NCBI GenBank assembly: GCA_022449785.1
Contig: JAKURQ010000005.1
Span: 1-48,397 of the forward strand
Origin: Candidatus Poseidoniia archaeon
GTDB taxonomy: Archaea > Thermoplasmatota > Poseidoniia > MGIII > CG-Epi1
DNA length: 48,397 nt
Direction: 5' to 3'
The translations under genes were made by a program, and so were the position numbers. Each line of letters starts with the position of its first letter. Position 1 is the stretch's first letter. The notes below the pieces were generated by a model. That model saw only the letters and a list, made by a program, of their open reading frames with translations, was not told where the DNA came from and made no database searches. Shown here one piece after another: positions 35,851 to 44,149 of this stretch.

Positions 35851-36471
35851 GTGACGGAAGACAATAGAAAGCATAGACATGGAATTTACAAATTATATGC
35901 TCCAATTTATGACAGATTTATGGCGCCTTCTTTTGCAGAAGGTCATTCAAAGATGTACGCCGCTCTTAATCTAAAAAAGGACGATCACATTTTAGAAGTA
36001 GGAGTAGGAACAGGAATTTCATTAACCCACGTTCCAGAATTTGTAAAGGTAGATGCTATAGATTATAGTGAACCAATGCTCGTAAAAGCTCGTAAAAGGC
36101 AAGAAAAAGGAGATTTTGTAGCAGAAATTAATTTTCAACAAATGGATGCACACGTTCTTGAATTTGATACAGATTCCTTTGATCATTGTGTCGTTGCACA
36201 CACTTTAGCAGTAGTCGCTGAACCTGAGGTTGTTCTTAGAGAAATTGTGAGAGTCACTAAACCATCAGGTTTGATAGCTATTGTAAATCATTACAAAGAT
36301 AAAAAGGGAATAATAGGCACATTATGGAATCCTTTCAGAAAGCGATTAGGGCTTGGTAAACATGTAGATTTCAAAGATTTAATCAAAAAATGCAATTTGG
36401 AATTATTAAATGAAGAAAGAGTTAACAATTTTACGACACACACACGAATGTTAGTTTGTAAAAATCCTTAA
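35851..36471 (+). CDS. Class I SAM-dependent methyltransferase (UbiE/COQ5-like)
   Basis: Motif I ILEVGVGTGISL, post-I IDYSEPML, FDHCVVAHTL, LIAIVNH. GTG start. Confidence 0.75.
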   Translation: MTEDNRKHRHGIYKLYAPIYDRFMAPSFAEGHSKMYAALNLKKDDHILEVGVGTGISLTHVPEFVKVDAIDYSEPMLVKARKRQEKGDFVAEINFQQMDAHVLEFDTDSFDHCVVAHTLAVVAEPEVVLREIVRVTKPSGLIAIVNHYKDKKGIIGTLWNPFRKRLGLGKHVDFKDLIKKCNLELLNEERVNNFTTHTRMLVCKNP

Positions 36472-37472
36472 TCTAGTTTATGTTTAATCCAATTTAGTGT
36501 ATCTCTTATTGAATCATTAATTTCTATTGGATTCCAGCCTAATGTTCCTCTAGCTTTACTAGAGTCATAATTTGTTATTTTATTCATGTATTCTTTTACA
36601 GTTTCTGGAGAAACTCTAGGAATATATCCGAACTTAGCCTTTGTAATTTCCCATCTAGCAAAAAGTTTCATCTTCCACATTGGCACGATTTTATTTGGTA
36701 ATTTTAAGTCAGGTTCAAATTCTCTAATAATGTCCATTAATTCGAATCCATCTAAGCACGATGTACACAAGATGTGTCTTCCTTCTGCATTTTCATTCTC
36801 ATATGCTTTCAAGTGACCCAGAGCAACATCTCTAACATCAACATATCCAAAGGTCTGAGGAGGTAGAGCCGGTAATTCTCCTTTCAAAAGCTTGTCGAAT
36901 AGCATTGTGCTAGGAGTATGTCTATGAAAATACGGCCCAATAACTGCAGTAGGATTCATTACTACAAGATTCATTCCTACATTTTTAGCGTAGTCCCAGG
37001 CTCTTTTTTCCGCTTCCGTTTTTGCATATGAATAGGGATGCTTAGATTTATCATTCCAATCATCTTCAGTTAACGCTCTCCCGTTTGGTCCACTTCGACC
37101 TATTGCTGCAGTACTTGATGTAAAAATTACTTTTTTGATTCCTGCTTTGTTTGCAGATTGAAGTGCATTAATTCCTCCAATTATAGAAGGATTAATGATT
37201 TCTTCTTCAGGATTTCTAGCCCAACTTTTGTAGACTGCAGCTACCTGAAACAGACCCTCCATATCTTGCATTGCAGCATCAATGGTTTCAGGTTTCATCA
37301 AGTCTAATTCAACTAAGTCAATGTCTAATTTCGATAAATGGGCTACAAGTTCAGGATTATTTTTATCTCTTACAGATCCTCTAACATTATAGCCTCTTTC
37401 TAATAATAATTTGATTAGAGCGTACCCTACATGCCCATTTGCACCAGTAACTAATACGTTCTTTCCATCCAT
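36468..37472 (-). CDS. NAD(P)-dependent epimerase/dehydratase-family oxidoreductase (extended SDR, aldehyde/cinnamoyl-CoA-reductase-like)
   Basis: Rossmann motif VLVTGANGHVGYAL and catalytic YSYAKTEAEK (YxxxK). Confidence 0.85.
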   Translation of the reverse strand: MDGKNVLVTGANGHVGYALIKLLLERGYNVRGSVRDKNNPELVAHLSKLDIDLVELDLMKPETIDAAMQDMEGLFQVAAVYKSWARNPEEEIINPSIIGGINALQSANKAGIKKVIFTSSTAAIGRSGPNGRALTEDDWNDKSKHPYSYAKTEAEKRAWDYAKNVGMNLVVMNPTAVIGPYFHRHTPSTMLFDKLLKGELPALPPQTFGYVDVRDVALGHLKAYENENAEGRHILCTSCLDGFELMDIIREFEPDLKLPNKIVPMWKMKLFARWEITKAKFGYIPRVSPETVKEYMNKITNYDSSKARGTLGWNPIEINDSIRDTLNWIKHKLD

Positions 37473-38011
37473 TATTTGAACAATTTTTCTCTATAAAATT
37501 TCAGTTCTTCAATAGATTCAATTATATCATCTAGCGCTCTGTGAGTTTCCATTTTAGGAGGCATTTTTGAATCTAATTCAGGATTCCATCTAATTGCTAG
37601 TTCTTTAATCGATGAAACATCTACAACACGATAATGCAATCGTCTTTCCAATGTGTTCATTTGTGCATCCAAGAACCTTCTGTCAGTTCCTATTGAATTA
37701 CCACATAGAGGAGGTCGATATTTTGACCCTAGATGTTCATTTAGAAAATCCAATGTTTGAGCTTCAGCTTCTTCAATGCTAATTTTACTTTCACGTACTT
37801 CATCTAATAATCCTGAGCGATGATGCATTTCATGTACATAATCATTCATTCGTTCTAATATTTTGTCGTGTGCGTGTATCACTAAATCAGGCCCTTCTGC
37901 AATTATATTCAGTTCTGAATCAGTTATGATTGTAGCAATTTCAATAATACGATGTCTCTTTGGATCTAAACCAGTCATTTCCAAATCTAACCATACTAAT
38001 TCTTGAGCCAT
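37472..38011 (-). CDS. orn: Oligoribonuclease (DEDDh 3'-5' exonuclease)
   Basis: LVWLDLEMTGLDP (Exo I), GNSIGTDRRFL (Exo II), HRALDDIIESIEELKFYR (Exo III). 179 aa. Confidence 0.88.
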   Translation of the reverse strand: MAQELVWLDLEMTGLDPKRHRIIEIATIITDSELNIIAEGPDLVIHAHDKILERMNDYVHEMHHRSGLLDEVRESKISIEEAEAQTLDFLNEHLGSKYRPPLCGNSIGTDRRFLDAQMNTLERRLHYRVVDVSSIKELAIRWNPELDSKMPPKMETHRALDDIIESIEELKFYREKLFK

Positions 38012-38063
38012 AACTGTGGATTAAGAGCCTATTAAATAGAATTTGTAGCGATACTGTCCTATA

Positions 38064-39038
38064 GTGCTTTCTAAATGGTTATCTGTGTCATTTTTTGCTC
38101 CTGAAAAATTCACAGAAGAAACGATAGAAAGTCTGAAGACTGAATTAACAGATAAGGCAATTATAGCTGCATCAGGCGGAGTTGATTCTACTATAGCTGC
38201 AGTTTTAGCTTCTAGGGCAGTTGGTGACAACCTTCTTGCCATATATGTCGACACAGGATATATGCGCCTTAATGAATCGGAATTTGTTTCATCAATGCTA
38301 CAGGATTTGGGCGTTAAGCACAAAGTAATAGATGCCTCAAAACAGTTTTATGAAGGACTTCAAGGAGTTACAGATCCTGAAAAAAAGCGTAAGATAATTG
38401 GAGAATTATTTATTCGTGTTTTTGAAGAAGAGGCAAGAAAGTATGGGGGAAAATTCTTGGTTCAAGGAACAATTGCCCCAGATTGGATAGAATCAGGTGG
38501 CGGTATGAGAGACACAATCAAATCACATCACAATGTAGGAGGACTGCCTGAGGATATGGAGATGAAACTCTGTGAACCGATAAGAGAACTTTACAAAGAT
38601 GAAGTGAGAAGTTTGGCTGAATATCTTGAAGTTTCAGTTGCACATCGACAACCATTCCCAGGACCTGGATTAGCAGTTAGAGTAATGGGTGAGGCAACAC
38701 CCAAAAGAGCAGAAATAGTTCGTCAAGCTTGTCATATAGTTGAAAATGAACTTGAATCTGCAGCTAGTGATGGCAAAATGGAGTTGCCTTGGCAATATTT
38801 TGCAGTATTGTTGCCTGTAAAAACAGTAGGCGTTCAAGGCGATGTAAGGGCTTACAGTAATACAATTGCAGTACGTGCAGTTCAAAGTTATGATGCAATG
38901 ACTGCTCAAGCCCTTGATATTCCCCATTCAGTTCTTAGAAAAATATCTGAAAGAATTACAAGAGAATTAAAATCAGATGTAAATCGTGTTGTTTATGATA
39001 TAACCGATAAACCACCAGGCACAATTGAGTGGGAATAG
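38064..39038 (+). CDS. guaA: GMP synthase (glutamine-hydrolysing) subunit B (ATP pyrophosphatase subunit of the split archaeal enzyme)
   Basis: PP-loop AASGGVDSTIAAVL, LVQGTIAPDWIES, HHNVGGLP, and the C-terminal family hallmark PPGTIEWE. The start is GTG 38064 or GTG 38085. Confidence 0.92.
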   Translation: MLSKWLSVSFFAPEKFTEETIESLKTELTDKAIIAASGGVDSTIAAVLASRAVGDNLLAIYVDTGYMRLNESEFVSSMLQDLGVKHKVIDASKQFYEGLQGVTDPEKKRKIIGELFIRVFEEEARKYGGKFLVQGTIAPDWIESGGGMRDTIKSHHNVGGLPEDMEMKLCEPIRELYKDEVRSLAEYLEVSVAHRQPFPGPGLAVRVMGEATPKRAEIVRQACHIVENELESAASDGKMELPWQYFAVLLPVKTVGVQGDVRAYSNTIAVRAVQSYDAMTAQALDIPHSVLRKISERITRELKSDVNRVVYDITDKPPGTIEWE

Positions 39039-39146
39039 TGGTGCCGGGGGCGGGGTTCGAACCCGCGGCCTTCGGATGTCCCAGGCATAGCCGGAACTAT
39101 TTTTACCCTATGAGTCCGACGCTCTACCAGGCTGAGCCACCCCGGC
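39039..39146 (-). tRNA. tRNA with anticodon CAT (elongator tRNA-Met; tRNA-Ile2 not excluded), with a 31-nt intron at the canonical 37/38 position and genomically encoded CCA
   Basis: Reverse complement folds as GCCGGGG-TG-GCTC-AGCCTGGTA-GAGC-G-TCGGA-CTCATA[intron 39078..39108]A-TCCGA-AGGCC-GCGGG-TTCGAAC-CCCGC-CCCCGGC-A-CCA. Anticodon at 39110-39112. All stems are fully paired. Confidence 0.9.
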
Positions 39147-39222
39147 TCCTTCGTGGTTGAATCAATAGGGGTTTTAAGTTTAAGTTTCGGTGATTCTTTA
39201 TAACATCCCCTTAATCCGAGCA

Positions 39223-42200
39223 ATGATGGAAGGTTCAGGTTCTCAGAAACAAACGCCAAACACAGGTACCTATGACCCTGTCACTTTGGAAACTGAAGTA
39301 GCTGAAAGATGGTCTAAGGAGAAGATTTTTGAGAACAGCATAGAACAGCGTAGAAATTCCGATCCATTTACATTTTTGGAAGGTCCTCCTACTGCTAATG
39401 GTAAGCCTGGGATTCATCATGTTTTGTCAAGGCTCTACAAAGATATGGTTTGCAGATGGAAAACAATGGAAGGGCATTTAGTAGAGCGAAAAGGCGGTTG
39501 GGACACGCATGGTTTACCAGTAGAAATTGAGGTACAAAAACAATTGAATTTGATGTCTAATGAGGAAATTGAAGCTTACGGAATGGAAGCCTTTAATCAA
39601 AAATGTAAGGAAAGTGTTTGGACATATGAAGAAGCTTGGAGGGAGATGAGTGAGAGAATGGCTTTCTGGGTTGATATGGATAATCCGTATGTCACATTAC
39701 ATGATGAATACATAGAATCTGCTTGGTGGTCACTGAAGCAAATGCATGACAAAGGGCTTCTTTTTAGAGGACACAAAGTTCTCCCATATTGTCCACAGAC
39801 AGGTACAAGTTATTCATCTCATGAAGTTTCATTAGGTTACAAAGAAGTTGCAGAACCTGCAGTTTATGTTAAATTCAAATTAGTTGATGACAATGCCTCG
39901 ATACTGGCATGGACAACAACACCTTGGACACTTCCAGGAAATGTAGGCCTTGCAGTTGGGCCAGAGGTAACATATTGTAGGGTTCGAATAACTGAACCTC
40001 CTTCAGGAAATTGGGAAGGCCGTGGTGGATCTGAAGTTGGAGATGAATTAATTTTAGCTAAGGATTTAATGTCCGATGTTTTACGTCATCAAGTTGAAGT
40101 AATCGAAGAATTCTCTGGTTCAAAAATAGTTGGTAAGGCCTATCAGCCACTGTTTCCAGGTGCAATAGACAGAGGCGACTCTGATACAGCTTGGACCGTT
40201 GTATCTGCAGATTTTGTAACTACAACAGATGGTACTGGTGTAGTCCATACTGCAGTTATGTATGGTGAAGAAGATTATGCACTTGGTATGGAAGTAGGAT
40301 TTCCAGCACAACACACAGTAGGGATGAATGGTAAATTCATCGAAGGTACACATGAATCATTAGATGGACGTTACGTCAAAGATTGTGATTCAGATATTAT
40401 CGATCTTTTAGAAACTAATAATCTGCTTTATCGTGAGCATATCTACACACACGACTATCCTCACTGTTGGCGAACAGATCATCCGCTTCTTTACTATGCA
40501 ATGGACAGTTGGTTTGTTCGTATGACTGCTGTAAAAGATAAAATAATAAAATTCAATTCAGAAGTCGAATGGGCTCCCGAATGGACAGGTACTGGAAGAG
40601 TAGGAGAATGGCTCAGAAATATCAAAGATTGGGCAATCAGTCGAGAAAGATATTGGGGAACACCAATACCCGTTTGGATATGTCAGGATTGCGGCCATGA
40701 ACATTGTATTGGCAGTATTGAAGAAATGGAATCACTGAAAACTTCAGATTCACCATCTCCTAAAGAATTACATAGGCCATATGTTGATGATGTCAAACTT
40801 GATTGTACCAGTGACAAGTGTAATGGTATAATGATTAGAGAACCGTATGTCATGGATTGTTGGTTTGATTCAGGCTGTGCTTCTTTTGCACAATGGCATT
40901 ATCCTTTTGAGAATGAAGATAAATTCAAAGGAAGTTTTCCAGTAGATTACATTTGTGAGGCCGTAGATCAAACGCGAGGTTGGTTTTACTCACTTCTTGC
41001 AGTTTCAACAACTGTCTTTGATAGCATTTGTTATCATCGTTGTCTTTCACTAGGGCATATTTTAGACAGTGAAGGTAAGAAAATGAGCAAGTCTAAAGGT
41101 AATGTTGTCAATCCGTGGGATCATTTCAACAAAGAAGGAACAGATGCAATTCGTTGGTATATGACTACTCAAAGCGCTCCTTGGAATCCAATGAACTTTG
41201 ATCCTAAAGGTGTTAGGGAAACGTATGCCAAAATGTTCCTAACATTATGGAATGTCCACAGATTCCATGCAGATTATGCTGTTCTAGATAATTTTGACCC
41301 TGATGACAAGTCAACATTTGTACCAGTAGAGAAACGCAGTCCATTGGATAGATGGATTCTTTCTAGAATTTCAACAGTTGCTCAAGATTACCATAATCAA
41401 TTCGTATCTTGGGAATTTCATAAGGCTGGGCGAGACCTAGAAAATTTCGTTATTAATGATCTTTCAAATTGGTATGTCAGACGTTCCCGCCGTCGTTTAT
41501 GGGATGAAGCAGATAGCAACGATAAACGGGCATGCCAACATACATTGCACGAGGTTCTATGCACAGTGAGCAAACTTATGGCTCCTATCTCCCCATTCAT
41601 GTCAGATAGAATTCACCATGACTTGACTGGTGAATCAGTCCATATGGCTGATTGGCCATTAGGTTCTTCATTGGTTGAAAAAAGTCTTCCTCCACAGGAC
41701 TTAGATTTAGAGCAAAAAATGTCTTTGGTTCGAACACTAACTGAGACTGGCCGAAGAATTCGTGTTGATTCTAATAGACGTCAAAGATTACCTTGCCAAT
41801 CTGGCTGGATTGTAGGTGGAATGGACTTAACTGACTTCCACTCTATTATAGCTGAAGAATTGAATGTTGAGAATCTAGAGACTGAAAAGAATCTTGACAG
41901 ATTTCAGCGTATAGAAGTAGTACCAAATCATAAAGTTCTTGGTAAAAAATGCCGAGCAGATTTACCTAAAGTCCTATCAGAATTAGCAAATATTGATTCT
42001 GAAATATTGCTAGCTGATATTGAAAAAGGTAATGTAAATTTAGAAGGATATGATATTACCATGGAAGATGTTTCTCTTCGCCGGGTCGAGAAAGAAGGAT
42101 TTGCAGCTGCAACATTTGCAGATGAAGAATTAGGCGATATTTCTTTAGTTCTGGATATGACAATAAATGAAAACTTGTTATCTAAAGGCTTAGCAAGGGA

Positions 42201-42438
42201 AATTACTCGAAGAGTTCAGTCTAAGCGTAAAGATTTAGATCTTGATTTAGAAGACACAATAACACTTAACGTATGGCTATCTGAGAATAGTCCAAAATTA
42301 AATTCAAGCGACTGGGAATATGTTAAATCAGAAACAAGAGCTAGTTCATCTGATTTACAATATGCTTCACCTTCTGAGGAATCTGAAAGTTTTGAAGTCG
42401 ATGAATTGAAGATTTATTTTAATTTAAAGAAGAATTAA
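39223..42438 (+). CDS. ileS: Isoleucine--tRNA ligase
   Basis: HIGH-region PTANGKPGIHHV, KMSKS (KKMSKSKGN), CP1 editing domain block (WTTTPWTLPGN), Zn-type Cys cluster CQDCGHEHC. The listed ORF starts at GTG 39190; ATG 39223 (MMEGSG) is preferred. Confidence 0.95.
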   Translation: MMEGSGSQKQTPNTGTYDPVTLETEVAERWSKEKIFENSIEQRRNSDPFTFLEGPPTANGKPGIHHVLSRLYKDMVCRWKTMEGHLVERKGGWDTHGLPVEIEVQKQLNLMSNEEIEAYGMEAFNQKCKESVWTYEEAWREMSERMAFWVDMDNPYVTLHDEYIESAWWSLKQMHDKGLLFRGHKVLPYCPQTGTSYSSHEVSLGYKEVAEPAVYVKFKLVDDNASILAWTTTPWTLPGNVGLAVGPEVTYCRVRITEPPSGNWEGRGGSEVGDELILAKDLMSDVLRHQVEVIEEFSGSKIVGKAYQPLFPGAIDRGDSDTAWTVVSADFVTTTDGTGVVHTAVMYGEEDYALGMEVGFPAQHTVGMNGKFIEGTHESLDGRYVKDCDSDIIDLLETNNLLYREHIYTHDYPHCWRTDHPLLYYAMDSWFVRMTAVKDKIIKFNSEVEWAPEWTGTGRVGEWLRNIKDWAISRERYWGTPIPVWICQDCGHEHCIGSIEEMESLKTSDSPSPKELHRPYVDDVKLDCTSDKCNGIMIREPYVMDCWFDSGCASFAQWHYPFENEDKFKGSFPVDYICEAVDQTRGWFYSLLAVSTTVFDSICYHRCLSLGHILDSEGKKMSKSKGNVVNPWDHFNKEGTDAIRWYMTTQSAPWNPMNFDPKGVRETYAKMFLTLWNVHRFHADYAVLDNFDPDDKSTFVPVEKRSPLDRWILSRISTVAQDYHNQFVSWEFHKAGRDLENFVINDLSNWYVRRSRRRLWDEADSNDKRACQHTLHEVLCTVSKLMAPISPFMSDRIHHDLTGESVHMADWPLGSSLVEKSLPPQDLDLEQKMSLVRTLTETGRRIRVDSNRRQRLPCQSGWIVGGMDLTDFHSIIAEELNVENLETEKNLDRFQRIEVVPNHKVLGKKCRADLPKVLSELANIDSEILLADIEKGNVNLEGYDITMEDVSLRRVEKEGFAAATFADEELGDISLVLDMTINENLLSKGLAREITRRVQSKRKDLDLDLEDTITLNVWLSENSPKLNSSDWEYVKSETRASSSDLQYASPSEESESFEVDELKIYFNLKKN

Positions 42439-43989
42439 TTATTTTACAGCTTTGAATTTTGCTTTTTTCTCTCCAGCAGGTTTGAATTTTGGTACTTCCT
42501 TATCAACGGCTTTGAATTGTACAGGTTTTTTCTCTTCTTCAAATGAGGGTATGTCTTTAGACATTTCAAATGTTGGAGCACTACTTATTCCAGACGCTTC
42601 GCCTCCCATCACTTTTACACCACCTGAACCACTACCTAGTGATAGTGAACCAATGCTGCTAGAACTAGTCCCAAGCATACTATCTGTATCTAATTCACTA
42701 AGTTCCATTGAGCCTTTATTCTCAGTTACCTTTGTTTCAGAACTTGGCTTAAATTGTGGTTTTTTGTCAACCCCTGCTTCATTCATTTCTTTAATCGCTT
42801 CAGCGGCAGCATCTTTTACTTCTTTAGAACCATCTCCAGTCATAATTAGTGCTTGATCCATCACTTCAGGCGGCATCTCCCAAGACACTCCTTTTGATAT
42901 TGAACCCAGTGCAGTTATTGCAGTTGCTCTAATTCTTGAATCACGATTTGATGTTTCCTTTAAAATTAACTTAATAAGTTTGGTAAAAGTTTCGTAGTTC
43001 AACTTACTAGCTTTACTCCAGAATTTTTTTACTGTTAAGATATCAGCCTTCATTATAGGACTTATATATTCGTTTAAATTCACAGATTTGTTTCCAACAG
43101 CTTTGAATTTTTTAGGTCCTTTTGTTGCTGATTTCTTTACAACTTTTCTTGCGACTTTGCCTTTCTTTATAGTTGTTTTCTTTCCTGACAGTTCCCTGAC
43201 TTTAAAGATTCGACTTTTTGGTTGTCCTTTATTCTTAGGTACTATTCCACCTTTTCTCTTTGCAGCAATATCAGCTCCACTCTCGACTTCTAAACCAACT
43301 GGAGGTGCAAACAAATCAGAGTTATCTTCTACAGGCATAGGTTCCGGTGCCTGTGTTTCTATAGCAGGAGCAGTTTCATCAAAAGTAACAACAGTACTGA
43401 ATATGTCTTCAAGAAAATCTTCCGGTGAAAGATTCGTGTTACTGGCATTTAGTTCATTCTTTAGAATGTCTTCACCTATTGAAACTACAAACATAAATTT
43501 GTGAATGTCTAGATAATTTGCCATGAAATCTGAAATGGCCATAAATGCACCAGAAGGTGCTCTTTCCATTCCTTGAACGAGAACAACCAGAGGTTTCTTT
43601 TGAAGGCTAATTGAAGCCAGTTTTTTCATTGCTGAATCAAATTGATGTATCAATTCTACACGATTTTCATTTGTTAGATGAGTACTGATTGTTGCTGGTG
43701 CAGATTCATTTATTGATTTAACAAGGTCTGCAGTAGCTCCAGTTGTATCATCATTAGACCTTAATTCGGTAATAATTTGTTGTACTAATGGCATTGACAA
43801 GTCTTTTTCTGAAAGGTATCTTCTAGCATTAAAGTCAATGACACTTAATCCAGCCCCATAGAGATCATTTTCTAAATCAGACATAGCAGTCTTTCTCTCT
43901 CCAAGTGAACCGCCATAAAGTGCAACTAAGGATGGAGGATTTGAGCTTCCAACTAGTTTTATTATTCTCGCAGTAGCTGCAGTCGTCAT
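42439..43989 (-). CDS. Hypothetical multidomain protein: degenerate P-loop-like N-domain, Lys-rich linker, HEAT-like repeat, repeated (K/Q)FK(A/P) motifs
   Basis: 516 aa. VALYGGSLGERKT (imperfect Walker A) and PLVVLVQGMER (Walker-B-like). Basic stretch KRKGGIVPKNKGQPKSR...KKGKVARKVVKKSATKGPKK. HEAT-like SRIRATAITALGSI...EVKDAAAEAIKEM. Five K/QFKA/P repeats. Confidence 0.5.
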   Translation of the reverse strand: MTTAATARIIKLVGSSNPPSLVALYGGSLGERKTAMSDLENDLYGAGLSVIDFNARRYLSEKDLSMPLVQQIITELRSNDDTTGATADLVKSINESAPATISTHLTNENRVELIHQFDSAMKKLASISLQKKPLVVLVQGMERAPSGAFMAISDFMANYLDIHKFMFVVSIGEDILKNELNASNTNLSPEDFLEDIFSTVVTFDETAPAIETQAPEPMPVEDNSDLFAPPVGLEVESGADIAAKRKGGIVPKNKGQPKSRIFKVRELSGKKTTIKKGKVARKVVKKSATKGPKKFKAVGNKSVNLNEYISPIMKADILTVKKFWSKASKLNYETFTKLIKLILKETSNRDSRIRATAITALGSISKGVSWEMPPEVMDQALIMTGDGSKEVKDAAAEAIKEMNEAGVDKKPQFKPSSETKVTENKGSMELSELDTDSMLGTSSSSIGSLSLGSGSGGVKVMGGEASGISSAPTFEMSKDIPSFEEEKKPVQFKAVDKEVPKFKPAGEKKAKFKAVK

Positions 43990-44062
43990 AGAGTATCTCC
44001 GTTACTGGTATTGGAAATCACGATGAAGCTCTCTTTAAAGGTTCTCTACATGGCAAAAGAGC

Positions 44063-44149
44063 GCGGGGGTCGCATAGCCTGGCCAATTGCGCCGGACTTA
44101 AGATCCGGTCCTTAGTGGTACGAGGGTTCGAATCCCTCCCCCCGCACCA
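44063..44149 (+). tRNA. tRNA-Leu (anticodon TAA), class II with long variable arm, encoded CCA
   Basis: GCGGGGG-TC-GCAT-AGCCTGGCCAA-TTGC-G-CCGGA-CTTAAGA-TCCGG-TCCTTAGTGGTAC-GAGGG-TTCGAAT-CCCTC-CCCCCGC-A-CCA. TATA-like CTTTAAAGG lies about 27 nt upstream. Confidence 0.9.

Noticed and set aside
38021-38323. A 100-aa minus-strand ORF in the orn/guaA divergent region.
   Set aside because: It overlaps the well-supported 5' part of GMP synthase subunit B, including the PP-loop region, on the opposite strand. It has no motifs.
38993-39259. An 88-aa minus-strand ORF. The ORFs at 44115..44309 (+) and 46795..46986 (-) are similar cases.
   Set aside because: Each is created by the GC-rich sequence of a tRNA gene that it overlaps (tRNA-CAT, tRNA-Leu, tRNA-Glu). 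None is a credible CDS.
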